Assembly: GCA_963781585.1 (NCBI GenBank)
Contig: CAWAGQ010000003.1
Coordinates: 160,001 to 224,000, forward strand
DNA length: 64,000 nt
Direction: 5' to 3'
From: an uncultured Gemmatimonadaceae bacterium
GTDB taxonomy: Bacteria > Gemmatimonadota > Gemmatimonadetes > Gemmatimonadales > Gemmatimonadaceae
Positions 29,471 through 39,442 of this stretch are shown here, piece by piece. The stretch's first letter is position 1; every line of letters starts with the position of its first letter. A model generated the notes under the pieces. It ran no database searches. It saw only the letters and a list, made by a program, of their open reading frames with translations, and had not been told where the DNA came from. A program made the position numbers and the translations under genes.

Positions 29471-30351
29471 CCAACGAAGCGAATCGCGAACAGAGGGCCG
29501 GCCGCACCGCGGCTGGCGCATCCGGTCGCCGCTCCGACACTTCGGTGCTGGTGCGATCCGTGCTCGACGGGAAGCTGATCGGCGACCGGGTTCAAACCGG
29601 GTTTCCGGGGCTCGACACGCTGCTCGGCGGCGGCATCCGTCGCGGAGACGTGGTGGTCCTGGGGGGTGACGCGGGAGTGGGAAAGTCCGCACTCGCTCTC
29701 GCGATCGCCCGACGCGCCGCGGCGCTGGGGCATTCGGTGGGATTCCTCTCCGGGGAAATGTCCCCCGAGCGCGTCGCCGAACGCCTGCTGGCGCTTGAGG
29801 GGCGGGTCAGGGTGGACGACCTGCGTCGGTCGCCCCTGGAGGACGCGACCCATTCCGCCGTGGCTGCGGTGGCCCTGCCGCTCCGCGAACGGGCGCCAGT
29901 CCTGGCCACGATGTCCGACGCCGGCGTCGCGGGTGTGTCGGACTTTCTCGTGGATTACCTGGGCATGGAACTGGTGGTCGTGGATCCGGTGCAGTTTCTG
30001 GCGAATGGCCAGAGCTCGCTGGACGACCAGTTGGCAGGCATTGCACGCGGGCTCAAGGAGCTGGCATTGCGTCGCGCCGTAGCTGTGCTGGCCGTGACGC
30101 ATTTTGGCCGAAGCGTACGCGAGCGGTCCGACCCGCGCCCCGTGCTGGAGGACTTTGGCGGACACGGCGGCATCCGTCAGCAGGCGGACGTGGTCCTTGG
30201 GCTGTTTCGCGAGGAGCTGTATCTCCCCTCACCGCATGTAGAGGGCGCCACCGAACTGCACGTGCTGAAGAACCGGAACGGACCCCGCGGCTTCGTCGAT
30301 CTGTACTTCTACAAGCAGTGGTTGCGTTTCGAAGATGTGATGGAGGAATAG
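29467..30351 (+). CDS. DnaB-like helicase C-terminal (RecA-fold) domain protein lacking the N-terminal domain
   Basis: TGFPGLDTLLGG, GDAGVGKS, FLSGEM, VVVDPVQ, ADVVLGLFR, LKNRNGP. Confidence 0.85.
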   Translation: MTNEANREQRAGRTAAGASGRRSDTSVLVRSVLDGKLIGDRVQTGFPGLDTLLGGGIRRGDVVVLGGDAGVGKSALALAIARRAAALGHSVGFLSGEMSPERVAERLLALEGRVRVDDLRRSPLEDATHSAVAAVALPLRERAPVLATMSDAGVAGVSDFLVDYLGMELVVVDPVQFLANGQSSLDDQLAGIARGLKELALRRAVAVLAVTHFGRSVRERSDPRPVLEDFGGHGGIRQQADVVLGLFREELYLPSPHVEGATELHVLKNRNGPRGFVDLYFYKQWLRFEDVMEE

Positions 30352-30391
30352 GCCAAAGGCCAGAGGTTGGTGCTCGGAGAGCAGCTCGGAA

Positions 30392-31402
30392 ATGATTCGT
30401 CGCGCCTTCATCGTATTCGCATCGCTGGCCGGACTGGCAACGGGCGCGTGTGCGCCGTCGCCTGCGCCGCCCGGCCCGGCACGTGTGCCGGCCCCGACTC
30501 CGGCTCCGGTACCGGTACAGCCGGCGCCGCCAGTGGTCGTCATGCCGGCCGAGGGCCGAATCGACGTCGGCGCGGCCGGCGCCCTGTGGTACCAGGTCGC
30601 CGGATCCGCCCGTGACACAGTGCTCGTGCCGTTAGGCCTCTACCTGCGTTCCGCGCTCGCACCGCTCGCGAGGTCGCACACCCTCATCTTCTACGACCCG
30701 CGACACCGCGGCCGCTCCGACTCGTACGCCGACACCACCCTGTCCACGCTCGACAACGACGTACGCGACCTCGAATCGGTCCGTGCGGCGTTCCGGATCT
30801 CCCGGGCCGCGATCATCGGGTTCTCCCATTTTGCCGCCGTCGCCGTGGCGTACGCCGCCCAGAATCCGGACCACGTCTCGCGACTCGTCCTGCTGAGCCC
30901 GATCGAACCGACGGACAGCCTTGCCACCGCGTTTGCGCCGCCCGATCGTCGCGCACGGATCGACACGACCGCCGCCCGCCGCCTGCTCAAGATGCGCGCC
31001 GCCGGCCGGGACACGCTGGCGTCGCCGGAATATTGCGAGGCATACTGGCGAGTGAACGCACCGCTGTTCGTGGGCGACACGCTGCACGCCGGACGGCTGG
31101 TGCCGACCTGGTGCCAGTTCGCCAACGAGTCGCCGCGTCGCATGGGTGACCAGATCGCGCGGGAGATGGCATCGTTAGGCGCCGGCTACGATCTGTCGCG
31201 CCTGGCGGCGCGCGTGGCCGCGCCTGCCCTGGTGATCGGCGGAGGCGCCGACCTCATCGTCAACCCGGCGAGTGCCGCGGCGTGGGCACGGCGCATTCCC
31301 GGCGCGCACGCCCTCACGGTGCCGGGCGCGGGGCACTTCCTCTGGCTGGACGATCCAACAGAGGTACTGAACGCGATCGATGGTTTTCTCCGGGGTGGGT
31401 GA
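30392..31402 (+). CDS. Alpha/beta hydrolase, probable lipoprotein
   Basis: Lipobox ATGAC, Pro-rich linker, YDPRHRGRS, GFSHF elbow, GGADL, GAGHF. Confidence 0.8.
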   Translation: MIRRAFIVFASLAGLATGACAPSPAPPGPARVPAPTPAPVPVQPAPPVVVMPAEGRIDVGAAGALWYQVAGSARDTVLVPLGLYLRSALAPLARSHTLIFYDPRHRGRSDSYADTTLSTLDNDVRDLESVRAAFRISRAAIIGFSHFAAVAVAYAAQNPDHVSRLVLLSPIEPTDSLATAFAPPDRRARIDTTAARRLLKMRAAGRDTLASPEYCEAYWRVNAPLFVGDTLHAGRLVPTWCQFANESPRRMGDQIAREMASLGAGYDLSRLAARVAAPALVIGGGADLIVNPASAAAWARRIPGAHALTVPGAGHFLWLDDPTEVLNAIDGFLRGG

Positions 31403-31682
31403 GACGGCGGCGGATCGTCGGCTCCCGATCCGTGCGGGCGCCCCGATGAACTCCGGTGACTCGAGCGTCCGACGCGGTGGAGGTGAGTCCGAGCCATGAA
31501 CGCGTCGCCCAGGGGGCCGTCGGGCCGTATATTTTCTCAAGCGGTTGGCTATCGGTCAGCTATCGGCGGTCAGCGGTTCTGGGTTGAGTGATGTGTCGTC
31601 ATGCGCCATGAACTGCTTCCTCTGACCTCCAAGCTCTGACCTCCGACCTCCAGTCTACGACATCCGAATCTGAGCAGCACTC

Positions 31683-32432
31683 ATGGCCGGTCACAGCAAG
31701 TGGAAGCAGATCAAGCACTACAAGGCAGCTGCCGACGCCAAGCGTGGTGCGCTCTTCACCAAACTCATCCGCGAAATCACCGTAGCCGCCAAGTCCGGCG
31801 GCGGTGATCCGACCGGGAATCCCAGGTTGCGCACAGCGATCGACGCAGCGAAGGCGGCGTCGATGCCCAAGGACAACATTGAGCGCGCCATCAAGAAGGG
31901 GACCGGAGAGCTCGAGGGTGTCGAGTATTCCGAGATCGTGTACGAGGGCTTCGGGCCGGGAGGCGTGGCGCTGATGATCCAGGCCGTCACGGACAACCCG
32001 AACCGGACGGTGGCCGATGTGCGCCACCGCCTGTCGCGCGGCGGCGGCAACATGGGAAGTGCCAACTCGGTCGCCTGGATGTTCGAGCGCAAGGGCCAGC
32101 TGTATATCGACGCCGCCCAGTTCGACGAGGATCGCACACTCGAGGCGGCGCTCGAGGCCGGAGCGACCGATTTCTCCACTGAAGAAGGACAGTACGTGGT
32201 GAGTACCGACGTGCCCTCCTTTCACGCCGTCAAGGCGGCGCTCGAGGAAAAGGGCATTGCCCCTTCGCAGTCCGAGATCGCCTGGATACCCCGCCAGACC
32301 GTGCGCGTGGAAGGCACCGAGGCGGAAGCCGTCCTGCGACTGATCGAATCGCTGGACGAGCTGGACGATGTCCAGAAGGTCGACGCAAACTTCGACATTG
32401 ACGCGGACGTGATGGCGGGGATCCGGGGATAG
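31683..32432 (+). CDS. yebC: YebC/PmpR family protein
   Basis: MAGHSKW, GNPRLR, MPKDNIERAI, YEGFGPGG. Confidence 0.96.
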   Translation: MAGHSKWKQIKHYKAAADAKRGALFTKLIREITVAAKSGGGDPTGNPRLRTAIDAAKAASMPKDNIERAIKKGTGELEGVEYSEIVYEGFGPGGVALMIQAVTDNPNRTVADVRHRLSRGGGNMGSANSVAWMFERKGQLYIDAAQFDEDRTLEAALEAGATDFSTEEGQYVVSTDVPSFHAVKAALEEKGIAPSQSEIAWIPRQTVRVEGTEAEAVLRLIESLDELDDVQKVDANFDIDADVMAGIRG

Positions 32433-32479
32433 GATGACCACGCTCTTTCCCCGGTGCTGATGACCCGTCCTGGACGTAC

Positions 32480-33109
32480 GTGATCGTCCTCGGCATCGAC
32501 CCCGGAACCGCCGTGACCGGCTTTGGCGTCGTCTCGGCCGGGGATGCGGAGCCGGCGCATCAGAGACCGGCGGCGGCCCGCATGCGACTGGTGGAGTGTG
32601 GGGTGATCCGCACCCGCGCGGGTGACGCCCTGGCGTCGCGTCTTCGCGACATCTACGACGGTGTCGGGGAATTGATCGCGCGGCACCACCCCGACTTCCT
32701 GGCGGTGGAAGACGTGTTCTATGCGCGGAACGTGCGCACGACACTGGTGCTGGGCCACGCGCGCGGTGTAGTGCTGCTGGCCGGCGTCGAGGCGGGCGTT
32801 CCAATCCGCGAATACCCTCCCGCCGAGATCAAGAAGGCGGTCGTGGGTACCGGCGCGGCGACCAAGGACCAGGTGCAGTTCATGCTCACCCGCCTGCTGC
32901 ACTTGCGCTCAGCGCCACAACCGGCGGACGCGGCCGACGGCGTTGCCGCCGCGCTGACCTGCGTGATGACCGCGCATCTGGAGCGGGTCCGCGAGGCCGC
33001 CGCCGGCATGCGCGGCACGACCGGAGGCGGTTCGAGGAGTGTCGGTCGCACCTCTGCGCCGGGAAAGACCACAGGCGATCGGCGGCCGAACGGATCGGGG
33101 CGCCGATGA
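32480..33109 (+). CDS. ruvC: Holliday junction resolvase
   Basis: LGIDPG, AVEDVF, LGHARGV, KDQV, DAADG. Confidence 0.95.
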   Translation: MIVLGIDPGTAVTGFGVVSAGDAEPAHQRPAAARMRLVECGVIRTRAGDALASRLRDIYDGVGELIARHHPDFLAVEDVFYARNVRTTLVLGHARGVVLLAGVEAGVPIREYPPAEIKKAVVGTGAATKDQVQFMLTRLLHLRSAPQPADAADGVAAALTCVMTAHLERVREAAAGMRGTTGGGSRSVGRTSAPGKTTGDRRPNGSGRR

Positions 33110-33705
33110 TCTCCCAGGTCACCGGGCGGCTGATCGCGAAGGACGTGGATCGCGTCGAGGTCGCCACATCGGGAGGCGTAGCGTACGAGCTGGCGGTTCC
33201 CCTGAGTACGTTCGAACGCCTCCCGGCCGCCGGCCAGCAGATCACGCTGTTCACCGATCTGGTGGTGCGCGACGACGAGTGGTTGCTGTACGGTTTTGGA
33301 ACGCTGCTGGAGCGTCGGGTCTTCCGGCGGCTCCGTGGCGCCACCGGCGTGGGTCCGGCCCTCGCGTTAGGCATGCTGTCGCGGTTCGCCGCCGACCGGC
33401 TGGTGCGTGCCATTCGCGAGCGCGACGTGGCGGTGCTGCAGACCGTGCCGCGGGTGGGCCGCAAGAAAGCGCAGCAGCTGGTGCTCGACCTGGCGGACAA
33501 GCTGGACGACTTGCTGGAAGACGAAGGCGTCGTGCCGCGGACCGGGGGGTCGGCTGCCGACGACGCGATGCGCGCCCTGGTGTCGCTGGGGTATTCGGGC
33601 GTGGAAGCGGAGAAGGCGGTGCACGCGGCCCTGGACGGCGTGGACGGCATCCCCAGCGTGCCGAACCTCATTCGCGCAGCGCTGGCGAAGGTGGGCCGGG
33701 GCTGA
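33106..33705 (+). CDS. ruvA: Holliday junction branch migration protein
   Basis: GGVAYE, LYGF, GVGPALAL, ALVSLGY. Confidence 0.93.
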   Translation: MISQVTGRLIAKDVDRVEVATSGGVAYELAVPLSTFERLPAAGQQITLFTDLVVRDDEWLLYGFGTLLERRVFRRLRGATGVGPALALGMLSRFAADRLVRAIRERDVAVLQTVPRVGRKKAQQLVLDLADKLDDLLEDEGVVPRTGGSAADDAMRALVSLGYSGVEAEKAVHAALDGVDGIPSVPNLIRAALAKVGRG

Positions 33706-33775
33706 GCAACGCCCGGCGCGATTGCCCCCGCCCTGCCCGCCGGTTCTATTCGACTCTCCCGGAGCCATTCCCGTC

Positions 33776-34930
33776 ATGCCTGCCGCCCGAACTGCCACCT
33801 TCACCGAGTCCGTCATCCGCGAGATGACGCGCGTCGCCCATCAGCACGGCGCGATCAATCTGGCGCAGGGCTTTCCCGACTTCGCGATGCCGTCGCCCAT
33901 GAAGGACGCGGCCAGCGCCGCCATCCATGGCGACGTCAATCAGTACGCCATCACCTGGGGAACGCCGGCGCTGCGGCTCGCGATCGCGGACAAGTACCGA
34001 CGGTGGTACGACTTCACCGTGAATACCGAGACCGAGATCACGGTGACCTGCGGCGCCACCGAAGCGATGGCGTCGGTTTTTCTCGCGCTGGTCGATCCCG
34101 GCGACGAAGTCATCATCTTCGAGCCGTTCTACGAGAACTACGGGCCCGACGCCGTCCTCGCCGGTGCCAGGCCCGTGTTCGTGCCGCTCGAACCGCCCAC
34201 CTGGCGCTTCGACCCGGACGAGCTGCGTCGCGCCTTCTCGCCCCGCACGCGCGCGATCATCGTCAACACGCCGCATAACCCCACGGGTCGGGTCTTCACG
34301 CGCGACGAGATGGCGCTGATAGCCGGACTCTGCGTCGAACACGACGTCTGGGCGTTCACCGACGAGATCTACGAGCACATCCGGTACGCGGGCAATCATC
34401 ATCTGCTGGCCGCGTTTCCGGGAATGCGGGAGCGGACGGTGACGATATCGGGGCTGTCCAAGACCTTCAGCTGCACGGGATGGCGGCTGGGTTACGCCAT
34501 CGCACCGCCGCGGGAAACGGTGGCCATTCGCAAGGTGCACGACTTCCTGACCGTGGGCGCACCAGCTCCGCTGCAGGAGGCGGGGGCCGTGGGGATGGCG
34601 TTCGGTCCGGACTACTACAACCGCCTGGCGCAGGAGTATCGGGAGCGGCGCGAGATCCTGTGCGGCGCGCTGCGAGAGGCCGGATTCGTCTTTACGGTGC
34701 CCGAAGGCGCGTACTATGTACTGGCGGATTTCTCCAGCCTGAGCAGCGTGGACGATCGTGAGTTCGGGCTCTGGCTGGCGCGGGATATCGGCGTGGCGAC
34801 CGTTCCCGGGTCGAGCTTCCACGCCACCGAGGGCCGCGGCAGCCGGTTTGCGCGGTTTGCGTTCTGCAAGAAGCGGGAGACGCTGGAGGCCGCCGCCGAG
34901 CGGCTGCTGAGAGTCAGATCGCTCGTCTAG
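33776..34930 (+). CDS. Class I/II PLP aminotransferase (YbdL-like)
   Basis: AINLAQGFPD, NTPHNPTG, DEIY, SKTFSCTGWRLG. Confidence 0.9.
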   Translation: MPAARTATFTESVIREMTRVAHQHGAINLAQGFPDFAMPSPMKDAASAAIHGDVNQYAITWGTPALRLAIADKYRRWYDFTVNTETEITVTCGATEAMASVFLALVDPGDEVIIFEPFYENYGPDAVLAGARPVFVPLEPPTWRFDPDELRRAFSPRTRAIIVNTPHNPTGRVFTRDEMALIAGLCVEHDVWAFTDEIYEHIRYAGNHHLLAAFPGMRERTVTISGLSKTFSCTGWRLGYAIAPPRETVAIRKVHDFLTVGAPAPLQEAGAVGMAFGPDYYNRLAQEYRERREILCGALREAGFVFTVPEGAYYVLADFSSLSSVDDREFGLWLARDIGVATVPGSSFHATEGRGSRFARFAFCKKRETLEAAAERLLRVRSLV

Positions 34931-34982
34931 ACGGCCGCGCCCGGAGGCAGGCGCGCCGTGAGGCAGGCGCGGCTTGGGGCCG

Positions 34983-36893
34983 TCAGGATGCCGCGTTGCG
35001 CTTCCGGCTGCGCGGCGCGCGTGCCGCGGACAGCCCGTCGTGCGGGACGAGCACCCGGGTCACGAAATCCTCGGCGCTCATGGGGTATGCGAACAAGTAG
35101 CCCTGCCCCAGGGTGCAGCCCAGGGCACGCAGGCCGTCGCGCTGGTTGGCGCGCTCGATCCCCTCGGCCACGGTCTCGATTCCCAGCGTCTTGCCTAACG
35201 CAATGATCGCGCGCGCCAGCACCGGATCTTCGTCTTCGTTCCCCACCGCGTCGACAAAGGTGCGGTCGATCTTCAGCATGTCGATCGGAAACTGCTGCAG
35301 ATAGCCGAGCGACGAATAGCCGGTCCCGAAGTCGTCGATGGCCAGATTCAGCCCGAGCGCCTTGAGCGAGCGCAGTTTGTCCAGCGTGCTGTGCGATCGC
35401 TGCATCAGCACGCTCTCGGTGATCTCGAGGGTGAGGGCCCACGGTTCGAGGCGGGAATCCTCCAGCGCGCTCCGGACGTCGTCCACCAGGGACGGATCCT
35501 GGAAATGGCGTCCCGAGAGGTTGACGCTCATCTGCATCAGGCGCGCGGCCGGATTCCGGGAGCGCCATTCGCGCGCCCGCTCGCAGGCCTCGCGCAGCAC
35601 GGCGCGGCCGATCGGAATGATCAGCCCCGTTTCCTCGGCGACCTCGACGAACTTGGCCGGAGCCACGATCCCGCGCTCGGGATCGTGCCACCGGACCAGC
35701 GCTTCGGCGCCGTAGATCTCGCCGGAGTTGAGGTTGATGATCGGCTGGTATTCCACCTGGAAGTTCTGCTGGGCCACCGCCGCCCGCAGGTCGGCCTCGA
35801 GCTCGAGCCGCTCCATGACCAGCTGGTGCATCTCGCGCTCGTAGATCGCATAGTGCCCCTTGTGGCGCGCCTTGGCGAAGTACATCGCCAGGTCGGCGTT
35901 CCGGAGCACGTCGCCGGGAGTGTCGCCTAACGACACGGCGGCGATGCCGATGCTGACGCTGATGAACACGTCGCGGCCTCGCACCCGGAACGGCGCCCGC
36001 AGCGCCTGGGCGATCCGCTCGGCGGCCACCTCCACGTCGGCCAGGGTGTCCACGTCCTCCAGCAGGACCGCGAATTCGTCTCCGCCCAGGCGGGCGATCG
36101 TGTCGGCGGGCCGCACGCAGCCGGTGAGTCGGCCCGCGGCCGCCAGGAGCAGCTCGTCGCCCACCGCGTGTCCGAGGGAGTCGTTGACCTTCTTGAAGTC
36201 GTCCAGGTCGAGGAACAGCACCGATGCCGGATGCTTCCCGCGCGGCGCACGTGCCACCGCGTGCCCCACCCGATTCAGGAACAGCGCCCGGTTCGCCAGT
36301 CGCGTCAACTCGTCGTGAAAGGCCTGGTGGGTGAGCCGGGCCTGGAGCGTGCGACGCTCGGAGATGTCGCGCGCGTTCACCACGATCCCGCCCACCATGG
36401 GTTCGGCCGTCAGGTTGGTTCCGATGTTCTCGGTCCACAGCGCGACGCCATCGGGCCGCACCAGACGCCACTCCTCCACCAGCGACGTCGCGGCCTCGAC
36501 CTTCTGCAGCTGCGCGAAGAACCGCTGCGCCGCCTCGCGATCGTCGGCGTGCACGAGCTCGATCAGCCGCCTTCCCTGGAGCTCATCGGCATCGATCCCC
36601 AGTACCTGCCGCGCGGTCGGACTGGCGTAGCGCACTACGGTCTCCGCGTCGCTGATCAGAATCACGTCCGACGAGTTCTGCACGAGTGACCGGAATCGGG
36701 CTTCACTGGCCGCCAGGGTGATCACGTCGTCGCGCACCGAAGCCACCCGACGCACCAGCGCCAGGAGCACTATCGCCACGAGGATGAACGCCAGTGACGT
36801 GAGCAGGTTCTGTGACTGCGGGCGCAGCAGGTAGAGCACGCACGCCGACCCGACGACGATGGCCGCACCCCATCCCTCGGGAAGCCGCGCCAT
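34983..36893 (-). CDS. Membrane PAS-GGDEF-EAL c-di-GMP enzyme
   Basis: 2 TM, PAS, RPAD I-site, GGDEF, EAL, DDFGTGYSSL; start uncertain. Confidence 0.92.
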   Translation of the reverse strand: MARLPEGWGAAIVVGSACVLYLLRPQSQNLLTSLAFILVAIVLLALVRRVASVRDDVITLAASEARFRSLVQNSSDVILISDAETVVRYASPTARQVLGIDADELQGRRLIELVHADDREAAQRFFAQLQKVEAATSLVEEWRLVRPDGVALWTENIGTNLTAEPMVGGIVVNARDISERRTLQARLTHQAFHDELTRLANRALFLNRVGHAVARAPRGKHPASVLFLDLDDFKKVNDSLGHAVGDELLLAAAGRLTGCVRPADTIARLGGDEFAVLLEDVDTLADVEVAAERIAQALRAPFRVRGRDVFISVSIGIAAVSLGDTPGDVLRNADLAMYFAKARHKGHYAIYEREMHQLVMERLELEADLRAAVAQQNFQVEYQPIINLNSGEIYGAEALVRWHDPERGIVAPAKFVEVAEETGLIIPIGRAVLREACERAREWRSRNPAARLMQMSVNLSGRHFQDPSLVDDVRSALEDSRLEPWALTLEITESVLMQRSHSTLDKLRSLKALGLNLAIDDFGTGYSSLGYLQQFPIDMLKIDRTFVDAVGNEDEDPVLARAIIALGKTLGIETVAEGIERANQRDGLRALGCTLGQGYLFAYPMSAEDFVTRVLVPHDGLSAARAPRSRKRNAAS

Positions 36894-37332
36894 GATCCCA
36901 CGCGCCGACTGCGGGACCGGCGTTCGCCTGGGAAACGACCGGGGGTAGCGACGCAGCTGGCCGCGCGCACGGGCGATCAGGCGCGCGAGCCACCAGCGAA
37001 GCGGGCGGCGGTTCTCTCGCGGAGTGGTGCGATCCACGCGTCGGGTTGGGACGTTGGGAGCCGAAAGTGACCCGCGCCCGACGGAGGGCTGGCGCTGGAG
37101 TCGGCCAGAATACGGGAGATGCGCCACTCTTCGAAAGTGACGCGCACACCCACTCCGGAACGACGCGCGGGAGCACCCGTGGTCACAGGGAGCCGCGCTC
37201 GTATTCGGCAAATCTTCGGGATATATTTCCGGCTTGGTTGGATGCGGCATGGGCTGCCGGAACGGTCGTACTGGGCCGCCCGGCTGGCCGCTTTGCACCG
37301 GTGTCCCGAGCATCGTCCCTACCACGTCGCTG

Positions 37333-38364
37333 ATGCCCCCCTCCGAGATCACCACACCAGCCGAACTCCCCGAGGAAGGCGCCGTGGAGCTGTCCCTCCG
37401 GCCACAGCGGCTGGCGGAGTTCATCGGCCAGACCAAGGTGAAGGAGGCCCTCCGCATCTACATCGAGGCCGCGCGAGCCCGGCGCGAACCCCTCGACCAT
37501 GCGCTCTTCTTCGGTCCGGCCGGACTGGGGAAGACGACCCTGGCCGAGCTGATCGCCCGGGAGCTGGGCGTGAACATTCGCGGCACGTCCGGTCCCGCGC
37601 TCGAGAAGCCGGCCGACCTGGTGGGGACACTCACCAACCTGCGCGAGGGCGACATCCTCTTTATCGACGAGATCCACCGGCTGCGCTCGGTGATCGAGGA
37701 GTTCCTGTACCCTGCGATGGAGGACTATCGCATCGACATCAGGCTCTCCGAGGGACCGAAGGCACAGACGATCACGATGCCGATCGAGCGGTTCACACTC
37801 ATCGGCGCGACGACCAGGCTCGGATTGCTCACCCCGCCGATGCGCGGGCGATTCGGCATCGTGGAACGACTCAACTACTATCCGGCCGAGGACCTCGAGC
37901 TGATCGTGAAGCGCACTGCGGAGGTGCTGAAGGTCGGCATCGACTCGGAAGGCATGACCGAGATCGCCAAACGGTCGCGCGGCACACCGCGCATCGCCAA
38001 CCGGTTGCTGCGGCGGGTGCGGGACTACGCCCAGGTGCGCGCCGATGGGCGGATCACGCGGGAGGTGGCGAACCAGGCGCTGCAGCTGCTCGACGTGGAC
38101 CACTTCGGGCTCGACGACATGGATGCGCGCATTCTCCGGATCATCATCGAGAAGTTCGGCGGCGGCCCGGTGGGTGTCGGCGCCATCGCCTCGGCCATCG
38201 CCGAGGATGCCGACACCATCGAGGAGGTGTACGAGCCGTTCCTGGTGCAGAACGGGTTTCTGCAGCGCACGCCGCGCGGCCGCGTGGCCACGGCGCTCGC
38301 GTACCGCCATTTCGGCTTCGAGGCGCCGGTGCGCGCGGAGCAGGAGTCGCTGTTCGACGCCTGA
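37333..38364 (+). CDS. ruvB: Holliday junction DNA helicase
   Basis: [42 protein letters not shown]. Confidence 0.97.
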   Translation: MPPSEITTPAELPEEGAVELSLRPQRLAEFIGQTKVKEALRIYIEAARARREPLDHALFFGPAGLGKTTLAELIARELGVNIRGTSGPALEKPADLVGTLTNLREGDILFIDEIHRLRSVIEEFLYPAMEDYRIDIRLSEGPKAQTITMPIERFTLIGATTRLGLLTPPMRGRFGIVERLNYYPAEDLELIVKRTAEVLKVGIDSEGMTEIAKRSRGTPRIANRLLRRVRDYAQVRADGRITREVANQALQLLDVDHFGLDDMDARILRIIIEKFGGGPVGVGAIASAIAEDADTIEEVYEPFLVQNGFLQRTPRGRVATALAYRHFGFEAPVRAEQESLFDA

Positions 38365-38373
38365 AGGGCGCCC

Positions 38374-39414
38374 TTGACCCACGGATTCCGCACCGCCGAC
38401 TACGAGTACGCGCTCCCCACCGGCCGGATCGCCCAGAAGCCTAACGAGCGGCGCGATCGGAGCCGCCTGCTGGTCGTCGATCGCGAAACCGGGAGGCTCG
38501 AACACCGGGTGTTCGCCGAGCTTCCGGATCTGGTCCCGCCCGGCGACGCGCTGGTGCTCAACACCACCCGCGTGCGGCGCGCCCGTCTCCTCGGCCGGCG
38601 CGGTTCGGGCGCCCCGGCGGAAGTCCTGCTGCTTCGCGCCACCGGCGAGGAAAAGCAGTTCGAGGCGCTGGTGCACCCGGGCGGAAAGCTCCGGCCCGGG
38701 CGCGTGGTCCATGTCGCACCCGGTCTGGACGTGATCATCGAGCGGACCACCGCTCGTCGCACCCGCATCGTGCGGCTGCAGACGACGCTGTCGGCCGACG
38801 CGGCGATCGAGCAGTTCGGCCATGTGCCGCTGCCGCCGTATATCGCGCGCGACGACACCGCCGACGATGACGCCCGGTATCAGACCGTGTACGCGCGGGA
38901 GCCGGGGTCGGCCGCCGCGCCCACCGCCGGTCTGCATTTCACTCGTGAGCTGCTCGAGGACCTCGAGCGTCGCGGCGTACGGCGCGTCGACGTCGTGCTG
39001 CACGTCGGCGCGGGGACGTTCAAGCCGGTGGAGCACGACGATCCGGCACAGCACGTCATGCACGAGGAGTGGTACGACGTACGTGACGACGCCGTGGCGC
39101 GACTGGAAGCCACCCGCGCGGCGGGCGGCAGGATCTGGGCCGTGGGCACCACATCGGCCCGCACGCTGGAGACGATCGCCGGCGAGGGCGGTCGCTGGCA
39201 TTCCGGCGCGGGGGAAACTCGACTCTTCATCCGGCCTCCGTACCGATGGCGCGCCGTGGACAGGCTGATCACCAACTTCCATCTTCCGCGCTCCACGCTG
39301 CTCATGCTGGTGGCGGCGTTCGCCGGCTACGAGCTTACCATGGAAGCGTACCGCGTCGCGCTCGATTCGGGGTATCGGTTCTACTCCTACGGCGACGCCA
39401 TGGCGATTCTCTGA
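38374..39414 (+). CDS. queA: S-adenosylmethionine:tRNA ribosyltransferase-isomerase
   Basis: PLPPYI, YQTVYA, AAPTAGLHF, TNFHLPRSTL, YRFYSYGDAM. Confidence 0.97.
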   Translation: MTHGFRTADYEYALPTGRIAQKPNERRDRSRLLVVDRETGRLEHRVFAELPDLVPPGDALVLNTTRVRRARLLGRRGSGAPAEVLLLRATGEEKQFEALVHPGGKLRPGRVVHVAPGLDVIIERTTARRTRIVRLQTTLSADAAIEQFGHVPLPPYIARDDTADDDARYQTVYAREPGSAAAPTAGLHFTRELLEDLERRGVRRVDVVLHVGAGTFKPVEHDDPAQHVMHEEWYDVRDDAVARLEATRAAGGRIWAVGTTSARTLETIAGEGGRWHSGAGETRLFIRPPYRWRAVDRLITNFHLPRSTLLMLVAAFAGYELTMEAYRVALDSGYRFYSYGDAMAIL

Positions 39415-39442
39415 CCGCGCGCGGCACCCACGGCCTGACGAC

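Noticed and set aside
28879..30165. N-terminal ~430 aa of the 964-aa ORF 27271-30165
   Set aside because: Antisense to the DnaB-like operon; the real PorX-like gene starts at 28878 with a -10 box and GGAG
37120..37146. Hairpin upstream of the GGDEF-EAL gene as a c-di-GMP riboswitch
   Set aside because: Lacks the GEMM consensus elements; only a short imperfect stem-loop
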